A stretch of 32,513 nt of DNA, from positions 1 through 32,513 of IMG/VR virus record IMGVR_UViG_3300037465_000426. One strand, 5' to 3'. Positions 1 through 9,701 of this stretch are shown here, in pieces; the stretch's first letter is position 1, and the number at the start of each line of letters is the position of its first letter. Position numbers and translations under genes: made by a program. The notes under the pieces were generated by a model. That model was not told the DNA's origin. It made no database searches and saw only the letters and a program-made list of their open reading frames with translations. This DNA comes from a virus (lineage: Duplodnaviria > Caudoviricetes).

Positions 1-49
1 TTCCATTGAGATTTGATTTTTCGTTTAGGTTTTCTTCATTATAGCAAAG

Positions 50-83
50 TCCTTTCCGCCAAAAACGGGAGGGATTTTTTTTT
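50..83 (+). terminator. Rho-independent terminator (probably of an upstream host gene)
   Basis: Stem TCCTTTCCG(50-58)/CGGGAGGGA(66-74) with two G-U pairs, 7-nt loop, followed by T9. Confidence 0.7.
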
Positions 84-245
84 GGCTAAGAGCAAAAGGA
101 GAAATAAGGGGGTAAAATCATAACGTTAAAATTAAATAGAGGTAAAAATTGTGCGAAAATGCAAGACTGAAGCGGGTTTCAAAGGAATTTATTGTAAAAT
201 ATAAGAAATACTAAGCGGTAAAAAAAGTACAATTACAGGTAAATT

Positions 246-1148
246 TTACTGCTTATTTTTTAAGCGTGATTCTAATAATGTTAATCTTCCTTCTAAATCA
301 ATTACCCTATTGTAAATTTCAGCCGGAGGACGCATTTGACGAGATATATAACCTACTACATACCAAACTTCAATAGCATCATTTGGAAAGCAAACAATTG
401 GCGGATACATTTCCCTGTCCTTATAATTATCACTCTTCAATATCAGCTTGCCATCTTTTTCAATTCTGTTTAATACACGCTTCACAACAACACCATCATT
501 TTTTGTCACTAATACATAAACTCTGTCATCCCTTAAAAATCTTAACTGTTCTACATTCTGGCCGATTACTAAATCTCCGCTGTGTAATGTTGGATACATA
601 CTCAATCCATCCACTTCAAATAAACGATAAGTACCATTATTTAGGCCTGGCAAACGATAAGCAGGCAGTGTTTCTATGAATTGAGGATCAGCGTATCCTG
701 ATAGGTATCCGGCTCTGGCACGCACCGGGACCAATACCACATTTTCATTACCCTGTGTATCCAGCGTAATTACATGCGGAATTCGCTGATGTAGTATATC
801 CGATTTTTGGTCTTCTGCAGCAAGTGACACCAAATCATTTTCCGGGTATGATTTTTCTTTTAGATTACCCTTTCGCTTACTGATTAGATTACTGTTTTGA
901 TGTTTTTTGCTGTGTGTCTTTTTCAAAATTAGATTACCTGACTTCGATAGATCAGTGTGCAATAATTCAGTTTCTGAAACACCAAAAAAAATCGAAATCC
1001 GAATAATTCCATCCAGATAAGGCTGCGATTTCCCTTTTTCATAACCATTATATGTCGTTCTCTCAAAGCCAAGCCTGTCAGCCATTTCATACTGTTTGAG
1101 ACCTTTTATACTTCTCAGGTACTTCAAGTTTTCTGCAAAGAAATTCAC
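246..1148 (-). CDS. Phage repressor, XRE-family HTH + C-terminal S24 (LexA/CI-type) peptidase domain
   Basis: N-terminal HTH (NLKYLR..GLKQYEMADRLGFERTTYNGYEKG..QP), AG cleavage site (ARAGY), GLSMYP serine motif and VVKRV lysine; divergent from the early operon. Confidence 0.93.
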   Translation of the reverse strand: MNFFAENLKYLRSIKGLKQYEMADRLGFERTTYNGYEKGKSQPYLDGIIRISIFFGVSETELLHTDLSKSGNLILKKTHSKKHQNSNLISKRKGNLKEKSYPENDLVSLAAEDQKSDILHQRIPHVITLDTQGNENVVLVPVRARAGYLSGYADPQFIETLPAYRLPGLNNGTYRLFEVDGLSMYPTLHSGDLVIGQNVEQLRFLRDDRVYVLVTKNDGVVVKRVLNRIEKDGKLILKSDNYKDREMYPPIVCFPNDAIEVWYVVGYISRQMRPPAEIYNRVIDLEGRLTLLESRLKNKQ

Positions 1149-1186
1149 AATATTTCAATTATGTGGAAAACAAAATATTCGATTAA

Positions 1187-1220
1187 TTTGGATTATTGGA
1201 ATAATTCGACATAACTTGTG
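1187..1220 (+). promoter_or_regulatory. Putative early promoter overlapping a candidate repressor operator
   Basis: TTTG (1187-1190), 21-nt spacer, TAACTTGT resembling the Bacteroidota TTTG-N19-21-TAnnTTTG consensus; quasi-palindrome GGAATAATTCG at 1198-1208. Confidence 0.4.
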
Positions 1221-1244
1221 TCATTATAAGTGACATAGAAAGGT

Positions 1245-1475
1245 ATGCAAAAAAAATTGGATAAAACAAAGGCCCGTGACCCGGAAAACGCAATAAGGGT
1301 TAAAAGAAGCGCGGAAATAGCAGGGGTTTCGACACGCACTGTTTATAGGGTAATCCTTTGTGATGAAAAAATAAGTAAAGAAACAATAGAACGAGTAATG
1401 AATATATACATGCAGCTCCAGGAAGGCGAAAACCTGCTTGTTGAAGCGGTTAAAAAAACTGTGCCCGTTGAATAA
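1245..1475 (+). CDS. Small HTH DNA-binding protein (Ner/Cro positional analogue)
   Basis: AEIAGVSTRTVYRVI HTH motif; first gene divergent from the repressor. Confidence 0.8.
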   Translation: MQKKLDKTKARDPENAIRVKRSAEIAGVSTRTVYRVILCDEKISKETIERVMNIYMQLQEGENLLVEAVKKTVPVE

Positions 1476-1494
1476 AAAAACTTGAAGTAAAAAT

Positions 1495-3581
1495 ATGAAA
1501 CACATCCCTCTTAAAGACCGGGCATTCGAAATTATCAACGGCGAACTTTTTGTTTTCGAACAATGCCTGCAACAATCCGGACTTTCAACAAATTATTACA
1601 GGAAAGAAAAATGTAGGGGTAATCAACGGCTCACCTTTATAGATCACCCTAAAGACAGGCGTTATAACCTGGTTTCCTTCGAGACGTTGAGTAATGACCA
1701 CAAACAAAAAATCAAAGCCCGCTACGGCGACCCCTACGACTTTGTAGCCAGGGAGCCAATATTAAAATTAGTCCACAAGGACGACAAAGCCGAACAACAT
1801 TATATCAACTACACATTTGCAAGCGGTAACAAAATTCCAATGCGCCGCATCACACAATACAGCCGAGCCGCATCCTGGCTTAACATGCTAAAAGATGTAA
1901 TTGAAAGCGGAAAAAAAATCATCAAGGAATTATCAATATCTGCACCCACGTTTTACAACCACGTAAAAGCAATGATTGATATTGAAAAAGAAAACGGAGC
2001 CAGCGAAAAATACGAAGGCACGCATCAATTGCCGGGCGACTTTCCCTCCAGCTACGGCAGGCTGCTATTGAAAGTGAAAGAATATATGACAGCAGGGTAT
2101 GATCTTCTTATTGATAAGATGCACGAAAACAAACGTGCGGCAAAAGTAAAAGATGAAGTAAGCGAAGCACAACTCATTACATTACTGGAGGACCCGCGCC
2201 AGCTTGATGATGTAATAATCGCCATGTTTTACAATTTATGGGCAAAAGAAAATAATTACAAGCCTATCACCCCGCCAACCGTAGGCGTGTGGCGACGGAA
2301 AAAAGAACACCTCATCGTCATGAGCCGCGAGGGCAACGGCGCCTTCAACGAAAAGTATATTCGCCAGGTAAAAGGCCTGCTGCCGTCAAAGCCACTATAC
2401 CTTGTTGAGCACGATGATAATAATCTTGACTTTCTTTTCTCGGATGCTGATTATGATTATCACAAATACATCTCCATTTGTGTAGTCGATAGCAGGACAA
2501 AACTTATCCTTGGCAAATCATACACCGTAGGCCAAAGCCCGCAGCAATGGCAAATCTATCACGCCTGGCTCGACGCCATGTATTACATACGCAGCATTAC
2601 AGGCGCCTGCATCTTCCCTTCGAAATAAAAGCAGACAAATGGGCAAGCAAATCGCTTTCGCCATTTTATAATAAAATCGCCAAAATAATTCCCGCAGCGC
2701 ACAGCAACAAACACCGGGGTTATATCGAACCCTATTTCCGCAGGCCCCTGTGGAAAAGAGCGCAACAGCTTGTCACCAACCCCGACATGATGAACTGGAC
2801 CGGGAATAATATCAGCGCAAAATTCCGCGGCGTAAACCAGGAAGCGCTCAACGGCAGTCAAAAAAACCGCCCGCTCATCGGAAACCAGGCCGAATTGCAG
2901 ATTGAAAATTTCTTTCACCTGCTTCGCCACATGCCCGATATAAAGCGAAATAATATGAATGCCGCAAGCAAAGAAGAGCAGTTCGTATCTGAATGGAACC
3001 AGCTGCACCCGGATGATAAGCGGACCATCACAGACCAACAGTTCCTGCTCACCTTCGGCATTAAACATGCACCCGCCCATTCACCCGACGGAATCACCAT
3101 TACCAACCGCGGTGTTGAGCCTCAGATAAACGGCAACAAATATTCCTATGATCTTCCCGAAAGCTGGATGTATAACAAACTTATCGGCGCCAAAGTAAAC
3201 GTGTTGTATGATCCCTTCGACATGAGCCGTATCCTGGTCACCAATTATGATGACATTCGATTTATTGCCACATCCGCACAACTGACACCACGGGCACTGA
3301 AAGACCACTATACCGGAAGCCGAACCTATTTAAACGCATTGCTGGCAGAAAAGAAGCAACAAGTGGGTGAAGTAAGCAAAGCTTCAGCGGCACGTAAGAA
3401 ACTGGTGAATCATCACTACTACAACGCTGAAGCTGTTTTACAAAGCGGAAGCCTGGTCAAGGAAATTAAGAACGGCGCAGAACAAAAGTTTATTGAACAG
3501 CAAATCGTTGAGCAGGAAACATTTCTCGACAATAACCACGACTTTTCACAATTCTATAATCACAAAAACACTACATCATGA
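1495..3581 (+). pseudogene. MuA-like DDE transposase split by a -1 frameshift near 2609 (ORFs 1495-2628 and 2547-3581; ~695 aa if joined)
   Basis: First acidic motif HDDNNLD lies in ORF1; EIKADKW and GYIEPYF lie in ORF2; C-terminal 'ITNRGV...YDPFDMSRILV' resembles the Mu transposase C-terminal domain; one extra G in ggc gcc tg cat ctt ccc restores ...TGAWHLPFEIKAD. Confidence 0.85.
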
Positions 3582-4342
3582 AGTACACAGGCTGGCAAAC
3601 TATCCAGACATTTCAAAGCAAACAGATTTTATCCGAGCTCATTGATGCCAAAGAAAACGGCTTGGCCAAAATGATCATCAGCGACACCGGCATCGGAAAA
3701 ACCTACAGCATCAATCTCTTTAAAAAAACAAAACAGGACCACACCTATGTCATCACCGTCGGCGATTCATTCAGCCTGCTGGTGCTGCTGCAGGAAATTA
3801 TGATTGCGCTTGGAATGAAAATTTATATCGGCAGAAATTCAAAGCACCGCTGCTTACGTGATATTATCATCAGGCTGAAAGAAATCTGCGAAGCCGGCGG
3901 CAAACCCATCATCATACTCGATGAAGCCGAAAACAGCAAGCTTCCAATGCTGAAGTCATATAAACAACTGTATGATCACGTAAACGAGATTTGCTCACTC
4001 GTGCTCATCGGCACCGACCAGCTTTTTACAGCCATCAACCGCCGCAACACAATGACATCCGTACCACAGCTCCGCCGCCGCTTCAAAGCCGGCACCCGTC
4101 TTATTTCGCCCATAAACAAATCCAGGGATTTCAGGCCGTTCTTTGATATGTACATCAAAGATGCGCCAGACGTGCAGGACCTGCTGCTCGCGCTGGCAGA
4201 TAATTACGGTGAGCTCCACGATTATCTCGACCCTGTGCTTCGCTATTGCGCAAAAAAAAATGAACCAATTAGCGAAAATATTTTCCGCCTGGTACATAAG
4301 CTGCCGAAACAGTTGGCAGCGCCCAACATCAAGCGGGCATGA
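3578..4342 (+). CDS. MuB-like AAA ATPase (transposition protein B)
   Basis: Walker A SDTGIGKT, Walker B IIILDEAE, LVLIG and QLRRRF arginine finger; ATGA overlap with the transposase. Confidence 0.9.
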   Translation: MKYTGWQTIQTFQSKQILSELIDAKENGLAKMIISDTGIGKTYSINLFKKTKQDHTYVITVGDSFSLLVLLQEIMIALGMKIYIGRNSKHRCLRDIIIRLKEICEAGGKPIIILDEAENSKLPMLKSYKQLYDHVNEICSLVLIGTDQLFTAINRRNTMTSVPQLRRRFKAGTRLISPINKSRDFRPFFDMYIKDAPDVQDLLLALADNYGELHDYLDPVLRYCAKKNEPISENIFRLVHKLPKQLAAPNIKRA

Positions 4343-4370
4343 TATTATTTATCAACCAAAACAAATAATC

Positions 4371-4793
4371 ATGAACACAGACAAACAACTACAGCACCAG
4401 GTCACCTTGTCACTATCATGGACAGAGCAGCGCCATAATGAGTTTATCTATTCATGCGGCCTTTCGTATCTAAAAAACATCGCCGGCGATTTCCCGGCTG
4501 TATTCAGCCAGATAAGCAAATCAGAACGCTTCTGGAACTGGTGGAAAGCCCATTGGGATCTTCGCGACCGAGAGTTCATTGAAACCATTGATGAAAGCCC
4601 CGAAGCAATCATTGACGTGGAAACACTATACCAATCCATTCACGACCCCGATGTGCTGGCCGCAGCAAAATTCCTGAACGGTCAGGTTCTGGAAGAAAGC
4701 TACGCCGAACTGATCTTACAATTAACCAAAGACCAGTATGAGGAACGTAAAACTGAAACTAAAACGCCTGCATTGGCAATTGTTAGCCGATGA
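4371..4793 (+). CDS. Phage hypothetical protein (FWNWW motif)
   Basis: ATG at 4371 after an A-rich leader, within ORF 4143-4793. Confidence 0.75.
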   Translation: MNTDKQLQHQVTLSLSWTEQRHNEFIYSCGLSYLKNIAGDFPAVFSQISKSERFWNWWKAHWDLRDREFIETIDESPEAIIDVETLYQSIHDPDVLAAAKFLNGQVLEESYAELILQLTKDQYEERKTETKTPALAIVSR

Positions 4794-5031
4794 GCTGCGC
4801 TCGGTAACAGAAGCGGCGCCGGTGAAAGATTGGGAGCTCGAAACATACATCATCGCCGATCTGTACCTGAAAAAAAAGGTATTCTTTGACATCTATCCCA
4901 ACAGCAACAAAGGCGTGACGCTGAGCCTTAGCATGATACAGGCCATTGCTCTTAATAATTACCTGGCCGTGCACAGCAGGCATTACAACGCCCTTTTGCG
5001 GATATATATTGAGCCCTTTCTAATACTGTAA
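4738..5031 (+). CDS. Phage hypothetical protein
   Basis: 97-aa ORF in the tightly packed early operon. Confidence 0.7.
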   Translation: MRNVKLKLKRLHWQLLADELRSVTEAAPVKDWELETYIIADLYLKKKVFFDIYPNSNKGVTLSLSMIQAIALNNYLAVHSRHYNALLRIYIEPFLIL

Positions 5032-5033
5032 TT

Positions 5034-5243
5034 ATGATCGAAAAATACTTTATACCATACAAAGAAATGATAGCACGATGTATCGAAAGCTGCATCAGCC
5101 AGGAGCAGCTCTTTGTATGCCAGGATATGATCGACCGGTTCAATGAGCAATTTCAATATTGCATCGATACCAGGCGGCGGGCCGAAGCACTTGATGAACT
5201 CAGTAACCGCTACCGGCAAAAGCACGCCGAACTGAATGAATAA
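5034..5243 (+). CDS. Phage hypothetical protein
   Basis: 69-aa ORF starting 2 nt after the previous stop. Confidence 0.7.
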   Translation: MIEKYFIPYKEMIARCIESCISQEQLFVCQDMIDRFNEQFQYCIDTRRRAEALDELSNRYRQKHAELNE

Positions 5244-5271
5244 TTAATCATTAATCTATAAAAATAATGTT

Positions 5272-5790
5272 ATGGCAAGAGAAAAAAAGAAAGTCATTAC
5301 CGGCATCAGCCATGAGCAGGCCCAGGATGCCAGCGCCGCGTATGCCGCTGCGTATGTAGCGAAAATGAAGCTGGAAGCAAAAATGAACGAAGAAATCAAC
5401 CGCATCCGCAGCAAGTACCAGGATAATATTACTAAACTTGAAGATGCGAAGGCGGAGAATTATGAAGTGCTGCACGTTTATGCAAGCGAGCAAAAAGATA
5501 CCTGGGGCAATGTAAAAAGTATCGAGCTTTTGCACACCAGGATCGGCTTCCGAACCGGCATGCCAAGGCTGAAATGTGACAGGAGCTTCAACTGGACCTC
5601 CGTCACCGCATTGCTCGAGGAATATTATCCCGACTATGTAAGGATAGTAACTGAACCGAATAAAGAAAAACTCATTGCCGACCGTGACAACGAAGGCTTC
5701 GACAAGCTATGCAAAAAAACGCATCTCAGCGTTGTGCAGGACGAAACATTCTTTGCGGAACCGAAAGTGGAAGAATTGGCGACAGCCTGA
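5272..5790 (+). CDS. gam: Mu Gam-family host-nuclease inhibitor (DNA end-binding)
   Basis: N-terminal coiled coil, then KSIEL..IGFRTGMPRLK, YVRIVTEPNKEKLIAD, VVQDETFFAEP, typical of Gam; 172 aa. Confidence 0.9.
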   Translation: MAREKKKVITGISHEQAQDASAAYAAAYVAKMKLEAKMNEEINRIRSKYQDNITKLEDAKAENYEVLHVYASEQKDTWGNVKSIELLHTRIGFRTGMPRLKCDRSFNWTSVTALLEEYYPDYVRIVTEPNKEKLIADRDNEGFDKLCKKTHLSVVQDETFFAEPKVEELATA

Positions 5791-5821
5791 ATGGGGTACT
5801 TCAAGATGTCCATGTGACAAC

Positions 5822-5850
5822 GGCGCCCCGTGTCTACGGGACGCCCTTTT
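5822..5850 (+). terminator. Terminator-like hairpin after gam
   Basis: GGCGCCCCG-tgtcta-CGGGACGCC (one mismatch) followed by CTTTT. Confidence 0.5.
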
Positions 5851-5878
5851 AAAAGTTAACAGTAAAAAAAATCGATCC

Positions 5879-6109
5879 ATGCCAAAATATTTTACATGCC
5901 CCCACTGCGGCGAGCCCTGGAGTGTGGTTGAAGTGCAGGAGCAGGAGTGCTTCGCCTGTGGATGGCCACGCCCGGTTGATGAGGAGGATGATGGCATCGA
6001 AGATAGCGATACAACTACCCCTTTGGGTTTGATAAAGGGTGAAAACATGCCCCAAACTGATGGATACAATGGGGGGTTTGACACCTTTTTTGGCCGTAAA
6101 AAAATATAA
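5879..6109 (+). CDS. Small zinc-ribbon protein
   Basis: CPHC...CFAC plus an acidic tail; ATG at 5879 within ORF 5675-6109. Confidence 0.65.
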   Translation: MPKYFTCPHCGEPWSVVEVQEQECFACGWPRPVDEEDDGIEDSDTTTPLGLIKGENMPQTDGYNGGFDTFFGRKKI

Positions 6110-6202
6110 TAAAAGTGATGAAAGCAGCCACCAGAGCAGGTTACACGCTTTTTTGATTCAATTAACAGCGAATTTACCACGCCCTGGCAAAAACCAACTC
6201 TT

Positions 6203-6436
6203 ATGATAACCATAGAGACAAAAAAATTCAGCCATATAACCAATAGCTGGCGGCCATACATGGTGCAGCAGGTTACCGAAAAAGAAGCAAAACAGATCAT
6301 TGACATAATGAAGCAACGGCCACCCGTGCAGGGCTTCTACCAGCACGTTTTTAGGCTCGCAGGCCAGGTTTTTGTAATTGATACATTACACTTTGATTTA
6401 AAAGGATTTATACAAAGTTTTAAAGGCCAAAGATAA
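6203..6436 (+). CDS. Phage hypothetical protein
   Basis: 77-aa ORF abutting the next ATPase gene. Confidence 0.65.
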   Translation: MITIETKKFSHITNSWRPYMVQQVTEKEAKQIIDIMKQRPPVQGFYQHVFRLAGQVFVIDTLHFDLKGFIQSFKGQR

Positions 6437-6438
6437 AA

Positions 6439-7104
6439 ATGGGAAAAAAGATCGGATTAAAACAATTGGCCCAAAAGACGTATCGCGATGTGGAAGGCTT
6501 GCCTGAAGATTTCAAGCGGTCTTTTGGTGATATAGAAGATGCCTTCGATTGCATCATCTACGGCAACAGCGGCAATGGCAAAACAAATTTCATGGTCAAA
6601 GTGCTGAAAGACCTGATAATAGCGCTCAATCAAAAAGCCGTATACATCAGCTACGAAGAAGGACACACAAAAACGATTCAAAAAACCATGATAGAGCGCC
6701 ACGATATGCTAAACGGAGTTGGAAACAAATTGGAGATAATGGATAGCTGCAGTTTTGCTGAGCTTGTTCACCGGATGGAGAAAAAAAAGAGCGCAAAAAT
6801 TTGGGTAATCGACAGCCTCCAGGCAAGCCATTTAAACGAATCACAATGCGCAGAACTGAAACAAAAATTTGTCATGAGCCGGAAGAAAAAAATAATCTTC
6901 TACATCAGCTGGGCCGATGGCAAGCTTCCAAAAGGCGCCGCTGCAAAAGCCGTTGAGTTTTATGCCCACATAAAAATAAGAGTGGAGGGCTTAATTGCAT
7001 TTTTCAAAAGCCGGTTTGGCGGCAATAAAAACTATGTCATTTGGGAAGAAGGTGCAAAACGATATTGGGGATTGAAAGCATTTAATAAACATAAAACAAG
7101 ATAA
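6439..7104 (+). CDS. RecA/Sms-like P-loop ATPase
   Basis: Walker A GNSGNGKT, YISYEEG, Walker B WVIDSLQ, KSRFGG motif of RecA-superfamily ATPases. Confidence 0.85.
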   Translation: MGKKIGLKQLAQKTYRDVEGLPEDFKRSFGDIEDAFDCIIYGNSGNGKTNFMVKVLKDLIIALNQKAVYISYEEGHTKTIQKTMIERHDMLNGVGNKLEIMDSCSFAELVHRMEKKKSAKIWVIDSLQASHLNESQCAELKQKFVMSRKKKIIFYISWADGKLPKGAAAKAVEFYAHIKIRVEGLIAFFKSRFGGNKNYVIWEEGAKRYWGLKAFNKHKTR

Positions 7105-7105
7105 T

Positions 7106-7318
7106 ATGAGCACGCCATTCAGGGAACTTTTTACTGAAGCCGATATAGATATTCTCATAGAGGCTTTGCAAAAATTCAAAAACCGCTGCGAAAGCAACGG
7201 TACAAGAGCGATTCAAGGATATGGAAGAGTCAGCGAACTGGAAAAAAGAGAGGAATGGTTGAAAAAAGCAGGAAAGGTTGATAACGTATTAAAAAAAGTT
7301 TGCGAAGAGGCAACATGA
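7106..7318 (+). CDS. Phage hypothetical protein
   Basis: 70 aa, coupled to both neighbours. Confidence 0.65.
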   Translation: MSTPFRELFTEADIDILIEALQKFKNRCESNGTRAIQGYGRVSELEKREEWLKKAGKVDNVLKKVCEEAT

Positions 7319-7743
7319 TCGAAACCTTCAACATAAACACTATCTGGAACCGCCGCGGAAAACCGCCGGTAGTACAGATCAGCAAGTGGGGCCACATACG
7401 CTTCAGCGTCGAAGCGGTAAAGCTGCTTTGCCTTAAAGAAGGAATGAAGCTGTCATTTACCATTGATCACCGCGATAAAGGAATTATTTATTTCTATCAA
7501 AGCACACAGGGAATGCCGCTGCACTGCGGTGCAAAAACCAAAACCGGTGAAAGGCTTGAAATATATTGCCGGCCGCTTTCATTGAAACTGCTTTCATTTT
7601 TTTGTTTCAGCAGAAATAAAACCTTCCGCACGACCAATGAAAAAATAACAGTTCCGGGCGCCACAGAAAAAGCGTGGTTTATTTTAAAAGATAATATCCA
7701 TAAACCCTTAAAATGGAAAAAGCATGCCGCTCACACTTTTTAA
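7315..7743 (+). CDS. Phage hypothetical protein
   Basis: ATG at 7315 overlaps the previous stop (ATGA). Confidence 0.7.
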   Translation: MIETFNINTIWNRRGKPPVVQISKWGHIRFSVEAVKLLCLKEGMKLSFTIDHRDKGIIYFYQSTQGMPLHCGAKTKTGERLEIYCRPLSLKLLSFFCFSRNKTFRTTNEKITVPGATEKAWFILKDNIHKPLKWKKHAAHTF

Positions 7744-8119
7744 AAATATAACCGGGCAGCTCACCGATCTGGAAAAAGAAAAATTGGTTCCCGCCATGCT
7801 GCTGCTGCTCAATGAACACAGCAACGACGAATGTCGCATCACCAACCGCGGCATTATGGATTATCTATTTCATTGCGGCTATAAAACAACCGAGGTTCGT
7901 ATTAGAAAAATGGTCAATTACATCCGCGTACTCAACCTGGCAAACCCCAAAGTGCTAATCGGGGCAGCCAACGGATATTTTCTCACATCCGACATTCACA
8001 CGGTGAATGAGCAAATTGAAAGCCTGCGCGGCAGAATAGACAGCATGCAGGCAGCCATTGAAAGCATAGAAGCGCAAAAACAAAATCTTAAATATATAAA
8101 ACAGCAAAAATGTCATTGA
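7724..8119 (+). CDS. Putative winged-helix DNA-binding protein
   Basis: ITNRGI..L...EVRIRKMVNYIR...IGAANGYFL wHTH-like pattern followed by a coiled coil. Confidence 0.65.
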   Translation: MPLTLFKNITGQLTDLEKEKLVPAMLLLLNEHSNDECRITNRGIMDYLFHCGYKTTEVRIRKMVNYIRVLNLANPKVLIGAANGYFLTSDIHTVNEQIESLRGRIDSMQAAIESIEAQKQNLKYIKQQKCH

Positions 8120-8310
8120 TAAACAAAGGCAGCGTGGACGATGTACGCAGCACGCTGCGCCTGGAAGAACCAAAACTCAGTATCCAATATCTGACTGGAG
8201 AAATTGAAAAGGAAAGAAAAGGCCTGGGCAGAACTACAGTCATCAATATGCTGAAGGCGGCCATCAAAAGAAAAACGAAATCAAAACCTTCCACCGGCAA
8301 AAAGCAATAA
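8110..8310 (+). CDS. Phage hypothetical protein
   Basis: 66-aa ORF overlapping the previous stop. Confidence 0.6.
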   Translation: MSLINKGSVDDVRSTLRLEEPKLSIQYLTGEIEKERKGLGRTTVINMLKAAIKRKTKSKPSTGKKQ

Positions 8311-8364
8311 TCAAAATTCCTGGTTGTTGCCTTCCGGGGCGGAAGGCCGGTGGTTTTTAAAACA

Positions 8365-8667
8365 ATGAGACAATTTACAGAGATAGAACTGTGCCAATGC
8401 TGGCAGGCCGTAAAAAAAGGCGGCACCAAAAAGCACATCATGAAGCTTTTTGGCATCAGCGCAGAAGAAGCCAGCCGGATGTACGAGGAGGCATATAATA
8501 TCTATTGCCGGAAAGGCTATCACAAACCGAAAAACATTACGCCGGCAATCTGTGATCCGCCTCCGGCAGAAACGCCGCCGGCGGGTAAAATAAAAAGGTC
8601 GGCGGCAAAATATGATAACATGAGCAGAGAAGATTACATCAATAAATATCTCGTCATGAATATATGA
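8365..8667 (+). CDS. Phage hypothetical protein (possible HTH)
   Basis: ATG at 8365 in ORF 8350-8667; ATGA overlap with the next gene. Confidence 0.6.
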   Translation: MRQFTEIELCQCWQAVKKGGTKKHIMKLFGISAEEASRMYEEAYNIYCRKGYHKPKNITPAICDPPPAETPPAGKIKRSAAKYDNMSREDYINKYLVMNI

Positions 8668-9101
8668 GACGTTTTATCATCACATCGCCAAAATTCGCCG
8701 GCCAGGCCGAGCTGGTATACAACGAGAAAGAGACACTCATCATGATTGACTGCACCAGGGCAGGCATGGATGAAGTCACAATCGCCGCATTCAAGCGTGC
8801 CGTGCCCGTCACCATCAGCACACTGGCCGGCCCCGCTTCCGGCTTCAGCAGCGGCACACTGATAGTGGAAGCCGATTTTGTTGTCAGCTTTAAGCGCTTC
8901 TACGATGAATATCCGCTGAAGCGCAACCGCTATAAAGTAGAACAGGTGTGGAATAAACTAAACAAACCGGACCAGGTAAAAGCATTTTATTCGTTGCATT
9001 TTTACAAAAAGTATCTGTCAAAAAACAATTGGCTGCAACCGATGATTGGAGACCGGTATTTGAGAAATAAAGAATATGAGACCGAATGGAATAAGCTATG
9101 A
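8664..9101 (+). CDS. Phage hypothetical protein
   Basis: 145 aa; C-terminal FKRFYDEYPLKRNRYKVEQVWNKL pattern; ATGA overlaps on both sides. Confidence 0.75.
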   Translation: MRRFIITSPKFAGQAELVYNEKETLIMIDCTRAGMDEVTIAAFKRAVPVTISTLAGPASGFSSGTLIVEADFVVSFKRFYDEYPLKRNRYKVEQVWNKLNKPDQVKAFYSLHFYKKYLSKNNWLQPMIGDRYLRNKEYETEWNKL

Positions 9102-9286
9102 ACCTGGAATGGCAGAAAGATATAATTGAACAGATGATCCGTGAAAAGCAGGATACAACTATCAGCGAGTATTTTCAGTTGTTGAAAGAATTGAAGGAGA
9201 TTGAAAACAGCCTTTCAAAACCAAACCCGGGGCAAGAACCGGCAAAAGATGATAATAAAATAAAACAACAGCATGCGGCCACGTAA
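9098..9286 (+). CDS. Phage hypothetical protein
   Basis: 62 aa, ATGA coupled. Confidence 0.65.
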   Translation: MNLEWQKDIIEQMIREKQDTTISEYFQLLKELKEIENSLSKPNPGQEPAKDDNKIKQQHAAT

Positions 9287-9380
9287 ACCCTTTCATAGTT
9301 GGGTGTTCAATGTATTGCGCTGGATAATTTATGCAGCGTTGGTGTCAGCCATTATAAAATGGCTCATCAATAATTTATAA
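9273..9380 (+). CDS. 35-aa single-TM membrane peptide (not in the ORF track)
   Basis: MRPRKPFHSWVFNVLRWIIYAALVSAIIKWLINNL*; stop overlaps the next ATG (TAATG). Confidence 0.55.
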   Translation: MRPRKPFHSWVFNVLRWIIYAALVSAIIKWLINNL

Positions 9381-9583
9381 TGGAAATAAAAACCAAATAC
9401 GACCTGAAGCAGCTGGTGTACCTGGTGCACGACCCGGAGCAGCGTAAAAGAATGATAACCGGTATAAAGATCATCACGGCAAAGCAGCATATTTATTGCC
9501 TGGTTTGCGGCGCCGAAGAAAGCGAGCATTTTGAATATGAGTTAGCTCTTGAGCCGGATATGGTTACCAAAACTGACGGCTAA
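9380..9583 (+). CDS. Phage hypothetical protein
   Basis: 67 aa; stop codon lies within the GGCTAAC core-like site. Confidence 0.7.
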   Translation: MEIKTKYDLKQLVYLVHDPEQRKRMITGIKIITAKQHIYCLVCGAEESEHFEYELALEPDMVTKTDG

Positions 9584-9701
9584 CGAACAGGGCTTTGTGC
9601 CGTTTTATTCAAATGAAAAATTAAGGATATGAAAAAAAATAACATTCAACAGCCGAATAGCGAACAGTCAGCCGGGAATGGCACAAAGCATGTTGGCAGC
9701 A
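9578..9701 (+). repeat. attC-like imperfect inverted repeat
   Basis: GCTAAC..GCTTTGTGCCGTT (9579-9604) pairs with AATGGCACAAAGC..GTTGGC (9677-9697). Confidence 0.55.

Noticed and set aside
84-245. Mu-type left end (TG terminus, transposase-binding repeats)
   Set aside because: Several TG candidates (e.g. ~150, ~193) but no convincing repeated binding sites, and the right end is not in the window for comparison
4143-4370. N-terminal extension of the 216-aa ORF
   Set aside because: Overlaps MuB by 200 nt in another frame; ATG 4371 has the better leader
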